Below, piece after piece: positions 1-12,989 of a DNA stretch of 52,223 bases. Numbering within the stretch: position 1 is the stretch's first letter; each line of letters starts with the position of its first letter. A program made the position numbers and the translations under genes. Source of the DNA: Chiloscyllium plagiosum (taxonomy: Eukaryota); NCBI RefSeq assembly GCF_004010195.1, contig NC_057719.1, forward strand, positions 37,988,200 through 38,040,422, read 5' to 3'. The notes under the pieces are model-generated. The model had not been told where the DNA came from. It did not search any database and was given only the letters and a program-made list of their open reading frames with translations.

Positions 1-1940
1 GGGGATCTTCCACCCACAGCTTCCAAACTCATAGTTCAGGAACCCCCACACCATTTGGTTCTACCTCCTATCTAAGATTCACAAGCCTGACTACCCTAGC
101 CGACCTATCGTCTCAGCCTGCTCCTGCCCCACCGAATTCATCTCCACATACCACAATACTGTCCTATCCCCCGGGTCCAGGAACTCCCCACATACGTTCA
201 GGACAGCACCCACGCCCTCCACCACCACCTCTAAGAGTTCCATTTCCCTGTCTCCCAACGCCTCATCTTCACCATGGACATCCAGTCCCCTATATACCTC
301 CATCCACCATGATCAGGGCCTCAAAGCCCTCACCAGAACCTTTCCACTGACACTTTCATTTGTTTGGCTGAACTGGTCCTCACACTCAATAATTTCTCCT
401 TTGAATCCTTCCACTTCCTCCAGACGAAAGGGGTAGCCATGGGCACCCGCATGGGCCCCAGCTATACCTATCTCTTTGTCGGCTACATAGAACAGTCTAT
501 CTTCCGCAGTTTCACCTGCAGCACTCCCCACCTTTTCCCCCGCTACACTGATGACTGCATTGGCGCCACCTCATGCTCCCACGAGGAGGTTGAACGTTCA
601 TCAACTTCACCAACACATTCCACCCCGACCTTAAATTCACCTGGACCATCTCTGACACATCCCTCCCTTTTCTGGACCTCTCCATCTCCAGCAACGGTGA
701 CCAACTCAACACTGACATTTTCTACAAACCTACCGACTCCCACAGCTGCTGGATTACACCTCCTCCCAGCCTGTGAAAATGCTATCCCTTATTCTCAATT
801 CCTACAGCTCCACCGCATCTACCCCTAGGAGTACCAGTTCCACCACAGAACACACCAGATGGCCTCCTCCTTTAAAGACCGCAATTTCCCCTGCCACGTG
901 GTTGAAGATGCCCTCCAGTGCATCTCATCCACACCTCCCGCACCTCCGCCCTCAAAACCACCCCTCCAAACGCAACAAGGACAGAAGCCCCCCCAGTCCT
1001 CACCTACCACCCCACCAACATCCAATTACATTGCATCATCTTCCGCCATTTCCGCCACCTACAAACAGACCCCATCACCAGGGATATATTTCCCTCTCCA
1101 TCCCTATCCACTTTCCATAAAGACCATTCCCTCCGTGAGTACCTTGTCAAGTCCACGTCAGCCAACAACCCACCCTCCCCTCCCGACATCTTCCCCTGCC
1201 ACCTCAGGAATCACAAAACCTGCGTCCACACCTCCCTCTCACCTTGGTCCAAGGCCCCAAAGCAGCCTTCCACATCCATCAAAGTTTCACCTACACTTCC
1301 ACACACGTCATTTACTGTATCTGTTGCTCCCCACGTTGTCTCCTCTACATTGATGAGACAGGTTGCCCACTCTCAGAGCACTTCAGAGAACATCTCCAGC
1401 ACACCCGCACAAACCAACCCCACCGCCCTGTGGCCAACACTTCAATTCCCCCTCCCACTCTGCTGAGGACATACAGGTCCTGGGCCTCCTCCATCGCCAC
1501 TCCCTTACCACCTGACCCCTGGAGGATGAAAGCCTCATCTTCTGCTTTGGGATCCTCCAACCCCATGGCATCAATGTGGATTTCAACAGTTTCATTTCCC
1601 CATCCCCCACCTTATTCCAGTTCCAACCTTCCACGTCAGTACTGCTCTCCTGAACTATCCCACCTGTCCATCTTCCTTCCCAACTATCTGTTCCACCCTC
1701 CCTTCTGACTTTACCCCTGCCTCCATCCACCTATTGCACTCTCAGCTACCTTCCCCCCAGCCCCACCCACTGCCATTTATCTCTCCACCCCCAAGACTCC
1801 TGAACTCATTCTTGATTAAGGGCTTTTGCCCGAAACGTCGATTTTTCCTGTTCCTCGGATGCTACCTAACCTGCTGTGCTTTTCCAGCACCACACTCGAC
1901 TCTAAGCTCCAGCATCTGCCGTCCTCACTTTCGCCTACCT
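1..1940 (+). mobile_element. Penelope-like element (RT + GIY-YIG endonuclease), frameshifted, runs off the left edge, ends in pseudo-LTR
   Basis: Frames give ELVLTLNNFSF, QTKGVAMGTRMGPSY, RYTDDCIG (PLE RT) and HVIYCICCSPRCLLYIDETGCPLSEHFREH (GIY-YIG). Pyrimidine-rich 3' region, then pLTR with hammerhead-like motif. Confidence 0.93.
1811..1840 (+). ncRNA. Degenerate minimal hammerhead ribozyme of PLE pLTR
   Basis: cTTGATTA-A-GGGC-TTTT-GCCC-GAAA-CGTC: helix II and GAAA intact, CUGANGA core mutated. Confidence 0.6.
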
Positions 1941-2269
1941 GACATCGAATGTGTCCATCTGGTCATAGTGGACTATATTGCTGCCGGTCTCTGGTGTTCC
2001 CTCCTCCACCAAGAACAGGGGGAGTATGGCTGCAGCTCCAGCCCCTCGAGACTCTTTGCTCTCCCTGGAATTGTGAGCTCTCTCCTGCAATGAGGAAAAA
2101 TTCAGAAACTTAGGAGTGTGAGAAGTGGACAGTTTGCTGAGGATGGATGGTGATCATTTCAGGAGGGTCATGTGAGGGATGAGGGTGAATGTGAATGATG
2201 TCTATCAAGGTGGGGAGGTTTCAGGAGGGAAAGGAATGTGTGTGATAGTAAAATGTATTTTCTTTTATT

Positions 2270-2590
2270 TGTTCATTGGAAGTGAGAGTTTCTGGGTTGG
2301 CCCATATTTAGTTCCCATCCCTTATTGGCCAGTGGGCAATTAAAAGTGAAACCATTGCTGTGGATCTGGAGTCACATGTAGACAAGACTGCAGATTTATT
2401 TCCCTAAAGGACATTAGTGAACCTCATGAGTTTTTTTTTATATAACAATGAGCACTATTTACATGGTCACCATTAGGATAGCTTTTTTAATTTCAGATTT
2501 TTATTAAATCCAAATTTAATGACCTGTCATGGTGGTATTTGAACCCATGAGCCCAGACTATTAGCCTAGGGTTCTGGACTAGCCCAGTAT
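2270..2590 (-). mobile_element. DeuSINE-like tRNA-derived SINE (old)
   Basis: Similar to 10935-11268. Contains attgctgtggatctggagtcacatgtag (Deu-domain-like) and a tRNA-like B-box region (tttgaaccc). Confidence 0.65.
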
Positions 2591-2634
2591 TGGTCAGAGG
2601 AGGGCTGTGCGGGAAAATGCAGGGTGGTGAGATA

Positions 2635-2821
2635 TTATTTTATTAAACAAATTACAAAAACAGTTTACAACAAAGTTACATTTACAGCTGCATACAAGAG
2701 ACAGCAATTTTAACACTCCTGTTATTTTTTTTTCCTTTTTTTTATTTTTTTTCCCCAGCACCCATGGTGTGTGTGTGTAGGTGTGAGACACAGTGAAAGA
2801 CACAAAGTGCACAAATCTTTA
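2635..2821 (-). mobile_element. Short non-LTR retroposon 3' tail (L1/Tx1-like or unknown) with 14-bp TSD
   Basis: Flanked by agggtggtgagata at 2621-2634 and 2822-2835. Minus strand ends in AATAAA and A-rich sequence. Confidence 0.7.
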
Positions 2822-4231
2822 AGGGTGGTGAGATAATGTGGCTGCCACATGAAGATTATAGGACACTTGTATTATTGGATTACTCAAGGCCATCAAATCG
2901 CGATCAATCTCTGTGACATGGTGCAAGTCTGAGAAGTAAGATGAACAGATTTTCCATGTGTCTTACTCTTGGTAGATTCAATTCTGCACTTATTGCTGCC
3001 ATTTTAAGCCTTGTCAGGGTCCCTTTAAATAAAAACAAAACTTTCCTCAAATGATGAATCACATCATCCCACCCATTCTTTGGGATTGGTCTAGGAAATT
3101 TGGTGTGGAATGATAGAACCAAGACTCGGTGAAAGACTCTCTCCAAAGCCACGAATTAATTTAATGTGGGTTCTCAGCCTGCTAATGGTCCCAGCATTTC
3201 ACGGGACTAAAGTGCCGAAAATTTCCTTCTCCTTCTGCTTCAGTTTTAAAAATTCGAATTGTTTGTCAACTCTCCTGTATTTCATACATTGTTAATCTGA
3301 TTGAAAGAGCTCACAATGACAGCGCTTGGATTTCATGTAGTGAACCCAATGCTACGAACGTTAAACTAGAGTGACTCATCCCTTTTTTTTCCTCTCGAGT
3401 GAAGCATGTGGCATCTGCTCAGCTTCCCTTCCCCTCCCCCATATACATCTGTGAAAATAAATCATTGAAAGTGAAATGGGAGCACAAAGCTACATCCTTT
3501 TCTCTGACACCATGACTGGGATTGTTAAATGGTTGGCGTCGAGATGGAGGCAAGATCCAGGATCTTGGCTCAGGGATTGTGGTATTTTAAATAAATAAAT
3601 AGGCGCCCACTTTACCTTCTGCCACCCTATATCGGGAGCTCCCACTCGGCTCAAGCGAGTGAATGGCCCTAATCCAGCTCCTGCGTACTCTGAAGCACAT
3701 TAATAAATCAGGTAGGGTTTTTATAGCGACCCATCCGTTTCACAGTCAGATTACCGCAAATTCTTTTTCATTCGAAATTTTATTTAATTCTGACCCGTTT
3801 CCATGATTGAACTTGAACTCATGTCTCCAAAGTAGTGGTTCAAGCATTCATATTACGAGTCCAAAAATATAACCATTCTATTGCTGCCCTGATTATGAAT
3901 TATCATAAGGAAGTTTTAAATATAACTTCTATTAAATAATCAGTGTAAAAGGTTATGTTGCCATAATCCTTTCGGATTTCTCTGGAGAAAGTCAATTGGT
4001 GATGAGTTTAACCTGGGGTCCACTATGTCTCAGATGAGGGGAGGTTGAGGAGGCGGGATCTTCAGAGTAATCTAACCCGGTGCAGTATCAATGAAACATT
4101 TTTTTTGAAGGACTACACACTGAAATGGCAATAAGACTTTGTGTATTTAGTTCTCCAATTTTTCTTGAATATATATCACAGCAAAGAAAACTGTAGCCAG
4201 CTCCAAGCTTTGGCTTTAATTGAAAGTGTTA

Positions 4232-5650
4232 GAGACAAAAAGAAACTGCAGATGCTGGAATCGAAAATAGACAGGCAGGAAGTGGAGAAGTCGACATTTC
4301 CCGTGGGCTTTTGCCCGAAACGTCGATTTTACTGCTCCTCGGATGCTGCCTGAACTGCTGTGCTCTTCCAGCACCACTGATCCAGAATCTGCAGTCATTG
4401 TTTTTACCTGTTTCCCGTGTAACCCTTCTTAAGGACTCTGGGTGGGTGTGGGGGAGCTGCAAGGGAGGGGGAGGGGCTGGGAAGAGAGTGGGGGATGGGA
4501 AGGGAGGTTATTTGAAATTGGAGAACTCAAATGTTGAGTCCTCTGGGCTGTAGGCTGCCCAGGTGAAAGATGAGGTGTTGTTCCTCCAAGTTGCGGTGTG
4601 AGTTGTTGTGGCAATGGAGGGGGCCAACGATGGTTATTTCGGAAAGGGAGCGGGAAGGGAAATTAAAGTGACCGTTGACTGGGCGGTGTAGTCAGCCCTT
4701 GTGGGCCTGGCTGTGATGCTCGGCAAACCGTTCCCTAACTTTATGTTTGGTCTCCCTGATGTAGAGAAGACTACATCAGGAGCATCTGATGCAGTAAACT
4801 AGGCTAGAGGAGAGGCAGGTGAACCTCTGTCTCACCTGGAAGTACTGTTTGGGGCGCTGGATTGAGGTGAAGGGAGTGGTGTCCTTGCAGGTTTTGCACC
4901 TTTTCCGGTCGAAAGGGAAGGTACCTAGGGGTTCGGAGGGTCGGTGGGGAGAGTGGCACAAACCAAGGACTGTCGAAGGGAACAGTCCTAGCGGAAGGCA
5001 GAGAGAGATGGGGAGGGGAAGATGTTCTTGGTGGTGGGATCTAGTTGGAGTTGGCAGAAGTGTTTAAGGATGATGCATTGGATGCGGAGACTGGTGGGGT
5101 GATAGGTGAGGACAAGGGGGTTTTTGTCTTTAGTGTGTCGGGAGGGCGGTTTAGAGCAATGGAACAGTGAGTGGAGTTGGTGCGGTGGACAGTGTCTGGA
5201 TGACAGAGGGAGGAAAAGCACATTGTTCAAAAGAGGTGGACATCTGGGATACTTGTGAGTAGAATGTCTCCTAATCCGAGCAGATGTGGTGGAGGCGGAG
5301 GAATTGGGAGAATGGGATGGAGTTCTTGCAGGATACTGGGTGCGAGGAGGTAGAGTCCAGGTACACCTGGATGGGAGTCTGTGGGTTTATAGTAAACGTC
5401 CATCTGGAGACTGTCGCCAGAGATGGAAATGGAAAGGTCAAGAAAGGGGAGGGAGGTGTCCGAGATAGACCAAGTGAATTTGGGGGCGGGGTGGAAGTTA
5501 TGGGCGAAGTCGATGAACTGCGGCAGTTCAGCCTGGGTGCAGGACGCTGTGCTGACACAGTCGTCGATGTAACGGCAAAAGAATTGGGCACAGTGCCTGG
5601 ACAGGTTCTGAAGAGGGACAATGAGGCAGGCATAGCAAGGGCCCATCCGT
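4232..5650 (-). mobile_element. Penelope-like element, 5'-truncated, with inverted pLTR segment (4304-4435 on +)
   Basis: Minus frames give MGPCYACL, FCRYIDDCV, LPFLDLSISI, DVYYKPTDSH, SIPFSQFLRL and RFTCLSSSLVYCIRCS. The + strand at 4305-4325 has gggcttttgcccgaaacgtcg. Confidence 0.9.
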
Positions 5651-6021
5651 GTGCCCAGGTGCTCAAAGTGTCACAGAATTTGCCAAATGTTGTCTCCATG
5701 CAATCATTAAAATGAAACTGCTGAGTGCAGTTTACTCTGTGAAGCATTTTGAAAGGCAATTCATTTTAGATTTGGAAGGAGCAGATGAGAACCTAGTCTG
5801 TGCAATAAATAACATTTGTACAGGAATCTTTGTAAAGTACAGTACATCCTGATCATTTCTTATATGCTAAAAGCATTGAAAGTAAAACGTTTACATTTTT
5901 TAATAGTATAAATTCATATAAATTTCTTATACTTTTTTTGAGGTTCTGTTAAGGTCCTGACATAACACCAACTGGATTCCAAGTGAATGGCTTCAAAGAG
6001 ATGAAACCCAGATACACTGTC

Positions 6022-6445
6022 ACAAATAAAAACAGAAATTTCGGGAAAAGCTCAGCAGGTCTGGCAGCATCTTTGGAGAGAAATCAGAGTTAATATTTCA
6101 GGTTGAGTAACCCTTCCTCAGAACTGGCAGTCATTGAGGAATTTAATGTGGGTGTGGAAATGAGCTGTAGCAAATACCTGGTCAAACACTAGGAGCAACA
6201 GTAAAATTAATGACAGTGGACATGAGGAAAGATTGGAATGGAAATCCTGTCAGACAGAGGAGAAGAACGTCTTCAAGGTGGGGCATACTTAGAAGAGAAG
6301 TGGCAGTGAGTTAAATGCCAAAGAAAAAACTGAAATAACTGTGGATGCTGCAAATCAGAAACAAAAATAGAAATTGCTGGAAAGGTTAAGCAGGCCTGGC
6401 AGCATCTATGGAGAGAAATCACAGTTAACATCTTGGGTCAAATGA
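6022..6445 (-). mobile_element. Non-coding PLE derivative with two direct pLTR copies (about 6022-6126 and 6360-6445)
   Basis: Repeat acagaaatt..gaaaagctcagcaggtctggcagcatct..ggagagaaatcagagttaa recurs about 338 bp later. No ORF between the copies. Confidence 0.7.
6088..6125 (-). ncRNA. Minimal type I hammerhead ribozyme
   Basis: Minus strand reads AGUU-CUGAGGA-A-GGGUU-ACUC-AACCU-GAAA-UAUU-AACU: helix I AGUU/AACU, 5-bp helix II, palindromic helix III, AUU site. Confidence 0.7.
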
Positions 6446-6849
6446 GGTTTATATCTGTGAGATAGTAGGAAAATCTGGATCAAAATTAATGCATGGCAAC
6501 CATCATTCTGTTAGTTCATTTCATAAGAACCACACTTCCAAATAATTGCATACCATGGAAAGGAGCAGCATGCAAATCACTTGGATTGCATGTTTTCTTT
6601 TAAACCATCATAATCTGATAAATGCTAGCAAAATGCTGTGAATATAACATGAAATGGAAGCAACTTTCTCAGCTGTGTCAATGCGGAATGTAGAAGCAGT
6701 CTTGTGGCATTCCTTAGAATAAGCCACAATCCTTTTCAAGCTATTACCAGCATCAAAAACAGCAGAGTATAGACAGGAGAGTGTGGTTTCACAGCTAATG
6801 GGTCAGATCAAAATTGGATATATACTACAGGAAGAAAAGCAATGGACAA

Positions 6850-6972
6850 CCAGGCACGATGAAGTGGAACAGCAAGCCGGCAAATGGCACAAGATTCAGT
6901 GTGAAAACTGGGTGGCATAGACAAGTTGGGCCAAAGGGCCTGTTTCCATGCTGTAAACCTCATGACTCTATA
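6850..6972 (+). mobile_element. CR1-type LINE/SINE 3' end
   Basis: ttgggccaaagggcctgtttccatgctgtaaacctcatgactcta matches the 3' tail of the other CR1 and SINE copies here. Confidence 0.65.
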
Positions 6973-7049
6973 AGCTGCATGAATTCCCAATTATCAACTA
7001 GGTAAGATCTCAATATGCAAATACAAAAGGTCAGGTAGATATGTTTGCA

Positions 7050-8270
7050 AATATCTTGTTGGATGATCCTATTATGCCTACGTAGAGGTTTCCATCATTA
7101 TAGATGTCATCCTCATCAAATTTGATTCACTCTGCAAAACATTAAGGAACTGTGGAATACACTGGATACTATAGATCCCATTACATCCTGACTATAGTGT
7201 ACCAGAGATATCTGAACTGTCAGCACAGCTGTCACTCTCCATAGGCAATCTGGAAGATTATCCAGATATGTCCTGACGACAAAAAAACTGAAAAATGTAA
7301 CCTGGTCAACTATTGCATCATGTACCATTCCCAATCATTAGTAAAATAAACCTTTGGTAGTGCCATTAAGTGACAACATTTTGCTCATCAGTTAGGTTTT
7401 GACCAAACTACTCTATCTCAAACCTCATCATAGATTGAATTCAGACATGAGAGCAGCTGTCCAAAAGCACCAAGGAACTCTTGCAAAAATTAAAGGGTTT
7501 GCTGATAAAGCCCTCTGCTCGCTGTAATTATGTGTGTTGTGCAGTAAGATGGTTGTAGTTTGCAAAGGCCAGGCTTCACAGCCCCAGGATAGTGGCCCAG
7601 CACTTCCACAGGACATTGTCCTCAGCTACAGCTGTTTCATCAATGATCTTTCTTCCATTATAACATTTGAGGTGGGGCTTTCCACTGATGTTTCTGTAGC
7701 GTTCAGCCCTCTGAAAATGAAGTCACACATGAAAGCAACAGCTCAGCTTTCGGACAGTGAAGTCACACATGGTAGCAACAGTATCACTATCATTGAACCT
7801 CTGTCACCAGCATATTGGTGGGTTACCATTAGTTAGACACCAAATGGGAACAACCACATCAACAACAAAGCTATAAGAGCAGAATAGAAGTTGTGTATAT
7901 TGTGACAATCAGCTTACCTCCTGCTTCCTCAAAGCACTGTTTCAAGGATAAGATTAGGAGTCTGATAGAATACTTTTGACTGAATGAATACAAACATAGA
8001 AACTACAGCTAGGATAGGACAGCTTACCTACAGTTATATCTGCCACCATTCTGCACCAACCCACTGTGGAATCTGTTTGCATTATCCACAGAATGTACTG
8101 CAGCAACTCACCACAGGGGCTTTGACAACACCTTTGACACAAGTGACATCTACCACCATTGAAAAAAAGAGTAGAAACTCTGTTGAAGAATCACCATCTT
8201 AGGGTGCCCTCTGGGGTTTGCTATATATCACCATTCTTTCACCATTGTTGGGTCTATATCCTAAAATCAC
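7050..8270 (+). mobile_element. Ancient CR1/L2-clade LINE RT remnant
   Basis: Degenerate RT motifs (PQDSGP...SCFINDLSS, resembling [14 protein letters not shown]) with many stops. Confidence 0.55.
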
Positions 8271-10934
8271 CTAGCTGACATGAATACAGGAGGACCATCA
8301 TCACAAATATAGAGATAGTGTTTAATAAATATGTAGATGAGCCTCTGAGTTAAATGTGATGTAGCCATCAGCTCTGGTCATGTGCTGGTACTCTGCTAGG
8401 AGATTGGAATCTATGCAGCACAGAACAGATTGCTCAGCAAACCTACCTTCATGTACAGTCTGTTTGTATACATTGTTTGAAGTAATCCTGAAGTTCGGCC
8501 TGAGCTCTTGAGAAGATCCAAAGAAACCATACTAGATCAAGGATTGCAGTTATTCAAGGAAATATCGCATCATCATTTTCTCAGAATAACTAATATTGAA
8601 TAATAAATTCACTTTTGCTCATGTATCTCCAACACAAGAGCAAGATTTTTTTTAAAAAGTGTTCATGCACATGGGTTTCATCTTCACTACAGTAGTATTA
8701 AAACTACCCTAGGAAATGGTGTCAGAATGAAAGATTTTTTATCCAAAGAGAATCAGTTGTCCATTAATTATTTCTGGATAATGAAACTGCAGTGTAAGTG
8801 CATAGGACTGAACTCTATTAGGTTAGCTAATTAGCTGCAGAAGGGTAACTGCTATTGATTTCTGTATTTCAGTACTAAGGAAGGGAAATATCAACCATTG
8901 TTGTTATTTTTGATCATTATCCAGTAATCCTTATGCTGAATTCTGTCCTTCAATGTGAATTAGGTGAATAACCCATTGACATTCATTATTTCGACACACA
9001 CTGCCATGTTAGAGATAAATACCCAGAGAGGTTAGTCAATGATCTGTAAACAACTGTTAAATCAGGCTTTATTGAATGACCTTGTGTCTAGTCCTACTTA
9101 CAAAGCTGTTTCGTAGAACAGAAACAGCTGTTTATTGTTGTAAATCTTCCATTGAGGAATAGGTAGGCCTGTAATTATTGTAAACATGCAATGCTTCTGT
9201 TCAATTCTTGACTTACTGGTTAATTTAATTTAAATCACAAACTGATATTTAATCTGGGACTGACTACTGTCAATAAAAATCATGTGAGTTTGGGTGAAAG
9301 AACCAAAATATCAAAAACTAGCAATAAAGCTGTTTTCTGTTGGATCCTTCAGCTCATTAAGAGTTACCTAAATATTTAGCAGGCAAAGTCAAACTGAAAA
9401 GAGTGCTAAAGCCAAAAAAGATATTAAAGCCCTCTTCCACTTCCCACCCAAAAAGAAAACTGCATAATTTTGAAGTTACTGATTCTTTTTTCACTTTGGA
9501 ACAAAATCGGAGGTTGACCTCAGTAAATATTGTGGCAGACTATGGATCATGACATCTGCATCAGCATGCGAGTTCACTGTCAAAATGTCTAATCACCTAG
9601 CAATTTTTCTTGACTTATTCCTGAGAAGCATTAGATCTATTATTTAAACCCAGATTTTTATGGTGCTGGATAATGATGGGTGGGGTTTGTATGATGCAAT
9701 GTCCTCCCAGCTAGTCCATTCACTTACATTAGTCATATATCCTATATTTGATTATATTCCTGGAAAGATTAGGCCAATAAAATGTTGCTATAATCTGAGT
9801 TTTGCGCAGTTTACCCTGGGCGGGCAAAAGCCTGAAAGAACTGGGCTATTTTTAACAAGTCATAATGATAAGGTAAAAGTAGTGTTAACAATCATAATAC
9901 TTGTAACTCATACTCCTTAATTGTGTTTAAATAATCAGAAGGATGATATTAATGCCTTTGATTGTGAGAATTATGTGGTAAAGATAAAAGATGATTCTGA
10001 TAACATTCTATAGCTTATGTGTGAATGTTACAAAATTTCATTGTTCTTTTCTTTAGAGCAGTGGAAGTTTTGAAGTGCTCTAAATGAAGTTTTTAAATTT
10101 ATGAAGCAACTTGTTCCAGGAAAATGAATCACTGTGGCAAAGGATTCAAATACCAAGGGCTGCTGTTAAAAATGAAAAAGGTAGGAGTGAGAAAAATGTG
10201 TCTGTTCCTATTACCTTATATTGTGCTGGTGTTTATTAATGATGCTTGCACTGGTACAAACTGGTTGTTAGATCTTTGCAATATTTTATCTTCAGCTGTA
10301 TGTCACCATACCTGTACATAATGGGAATGAAAAACAAGCATAGCCTGAAATTCAGAAATGGGCTCACATCAAGAATCATGAAGGTGAAAGACAATCCATT
10401 GCAAACAGTATCGTTTTTTATGGATGAGCCTTAATGCAGATCACAAGCCTCTTGCAATAGACAAACCTGTGTACAACTTGTTAAAAATATACAATCAGTG
10501 GGTTGCATTCTGATATTGTGTGATCGTGGGTGAACATGAATTGGCAGCATCTTTACAATTCTCTTAAAACTCATTTCCACTGAAGTCATCAAAAGGTTCT
10601 CTTGAAATGTATACTTTGTTTTAAAGTTATTTTCTTGATAGTTAATCCCATACTATCAATAAATCTCTATAGTCCGCTGAAAACCTGTCATCAGCTAGAA
10701 GTCAGAATGAGAAGTTTCAATCAGTGTGGCTAACCAAACAGCACTGGCTGTATAATGAGTAAAGTTGAGTGTTAGTAACAATATGTATGTATTGACATTG
10801 ACAAAACTCTCGGGTTGGATTAAGTTTTCCCCACTGGCAGGTTTGGAAGTGAGGGAGTGTTTGTTAAATCAGTGAACATCTGTTTGCCACCTACTTGTGT
10901 GCCTCTGACTCACTGCCATTTTGTTTTCATTTCT

Positions 10935-11268
10935 CTATTCATTCTTGAGCTGGGGGTGTCATTGGCTCGGCAACATTAATTGCCTAACCCTAATTGCCCA
11001 GAGGGCAGTAAAGAGTCAGCCATATTGCTGTGGGTCTGGACTCACATGTAGGCCAGACTAGGTAAGGATGGCAGTTTCCTTCCCTAAAGGATATTAGTGA
11101 GCCAGATGGGTTTTTCCTGACAATCAACAATGGACTCATGGTCATCATTTTATTAATTGAATTCAAATTCCACTATCTACCATGGCAAGACTCGAAGCCA
11201 GGTCCTCAGACATTATCTGGATCTTTGGATTAACAGTCCAGCGATAATACCATTAGGCTATCGCCTCT
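10935..11268 (-). mobile_element. DeuSINE-like tRNA-derived SINE
   Basis: ctgtgggtctggactcacatgtaggccagactaggtaagg core. Reverse-complement similar to 23305-23476 and 26136-26265. Confidence 0.7.
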
Positions 11269-12989
11269 CCCATTTTACCAGCAGTCGGTAATTCATCCAT
11301 TAGTTACCAATTGAGTCCCTTAAGTGGGCAACTAATGCCTTATCCTGCCCCAACTAGGTTTCCCTGCAAGGGCTGGTGGGGGTCCTAATAGGAATTCCTC
11401 TTACATCCATTGGGTCCATCAGAAGGACCTCACATTTATTACTACCACTGCCTTATCCCATCCTCCTCAAATGTCCTCTCAAACCCAGTCTCAACTCCCC
11501 TCGCCATCTCAAGAACAAAGTTCCGATCCATTGTAGCTCCGCTCTTAATCACCATAATTTGACATGCTTTAATACAGTAGATGAGACCTGAATCTCAAGT
11601 GTCTGGCCCAGAGGTAAGCTCACTACCATTGCACCACCAATTACATCACCTTAGACTGCTTAGCTAAGCTACTACCAGTCTCTCACTATAATGGTACATA
11701 TCTGTCCCTTTGGTTCTGGGTACTTGAAGTTGATATCCAGAGCAAAGCTGAACAAAGTTAGATTTTGAGCCTGGCTCACCAACCTGCACCTTGATTATGT
11801 TTCCAATTGCAGCAAATTATTTAGTGCAGTTTATGGTGCTCCAAAATTTGTTCCATTAAATAATAACCAATAAATGACACATTTTAACTTTCTGAAATCC
11901 TACCAGAAATGGCAATGAGAAAGATTCTCCATGACTTCATGGTTTGTTTCCCTATCATCAGAAATACACCTACAAATAGTAAGCTTCTGCAGAAAGATTG
12001 TAAAACATAAGAGGTATATAAGCATAAAAACAGTCATATTAGGTAATATTGATTGACTCTCCTTGTTTAACCACACTGATGATACTTAATTATGGAGTTG
12101 CTGGAAATGCATAAGAATTAATTGCCAAATGATAAGAGAGCTACTGAGGAATAATATGAATCCTCTATTGTGTTGCTGTTCTTTCTCAGCTGCCTGGCAA
12201 CTAATTTACTGTTCCCCAGTTACTTGGTTTGAATGATTCCTTCATTAACTCTCATTATGCCCTTAAAGGGAATTATTACATTACATCTGAGGTTTTTTCA
12301 TTGCCAGCTGCAACATTATAGCACAATCATATAATTACAGATAGGAAAAAAAAACATAGGTCTATGGTTCTAATGAATTCATTGATTAATTATTTTAAAG
12401 TTCACCAATTACCCAAGCTGTGATAAAATAAACAGCTACTGTGTTTCATGATACAGAAGGCACCTCGCATGAATATCACATCGTGACTAGAGTATATTGA
12501 TTGAGAAAGCCAAGGGAGTGATGTTAAAGTATAAATGAGGAGAGGTTTGTAGATCATTCGAAGAACATGGCCATAGTAAAACTGTTTGGGGGTGATTTTC
12601 AGGCTGTCAGCCCACCCTATCATTTTGGATGAAAGCTCAATGAGTTTTGGTGGTTAGCCGTTAGGTAAATAAGAATGGTGAGAGTTGCCCTTTTGCATTA
12701 TAGTTCTTGTAGGCAGCTCTTCATTTGGAACAGTGGCAAATTTGGCAAGTGCTTCTGAAAGGTAATCAGTAATGGTTCTGAAAGAGTTAGTGCTGAAGCT
12801 CCATTAAACTCCACTCAATCTGATGTCACACCATATTTGAATGGAGAAAAAAACAGACTAGTTTGAGGTCCTAATGGAGAAACGAGTGTTATCTCTGACT
12901 AATGATAGTCATATAATTATGGTGGACTAGTCAATGTAACCTGCACTTTTTCCTATAATGCAATGAACTATCCCTTGAATATTGCTGAA

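Noticed and set aside
91..2093. Many long overlapping Pro/Ser-rich ORFs (also 31177-32546, 4776-5759, 41523-42413)
   Set aside because: These are alternative or antisense frames of C-rich decayed PLEs, not host genes.
8447..8532. Possible 85-nt minus exon with AAG|gtaggt donor
   Set aside because: Two frames are open and the acceptor is weak, so it cannot be distinguished from chance.
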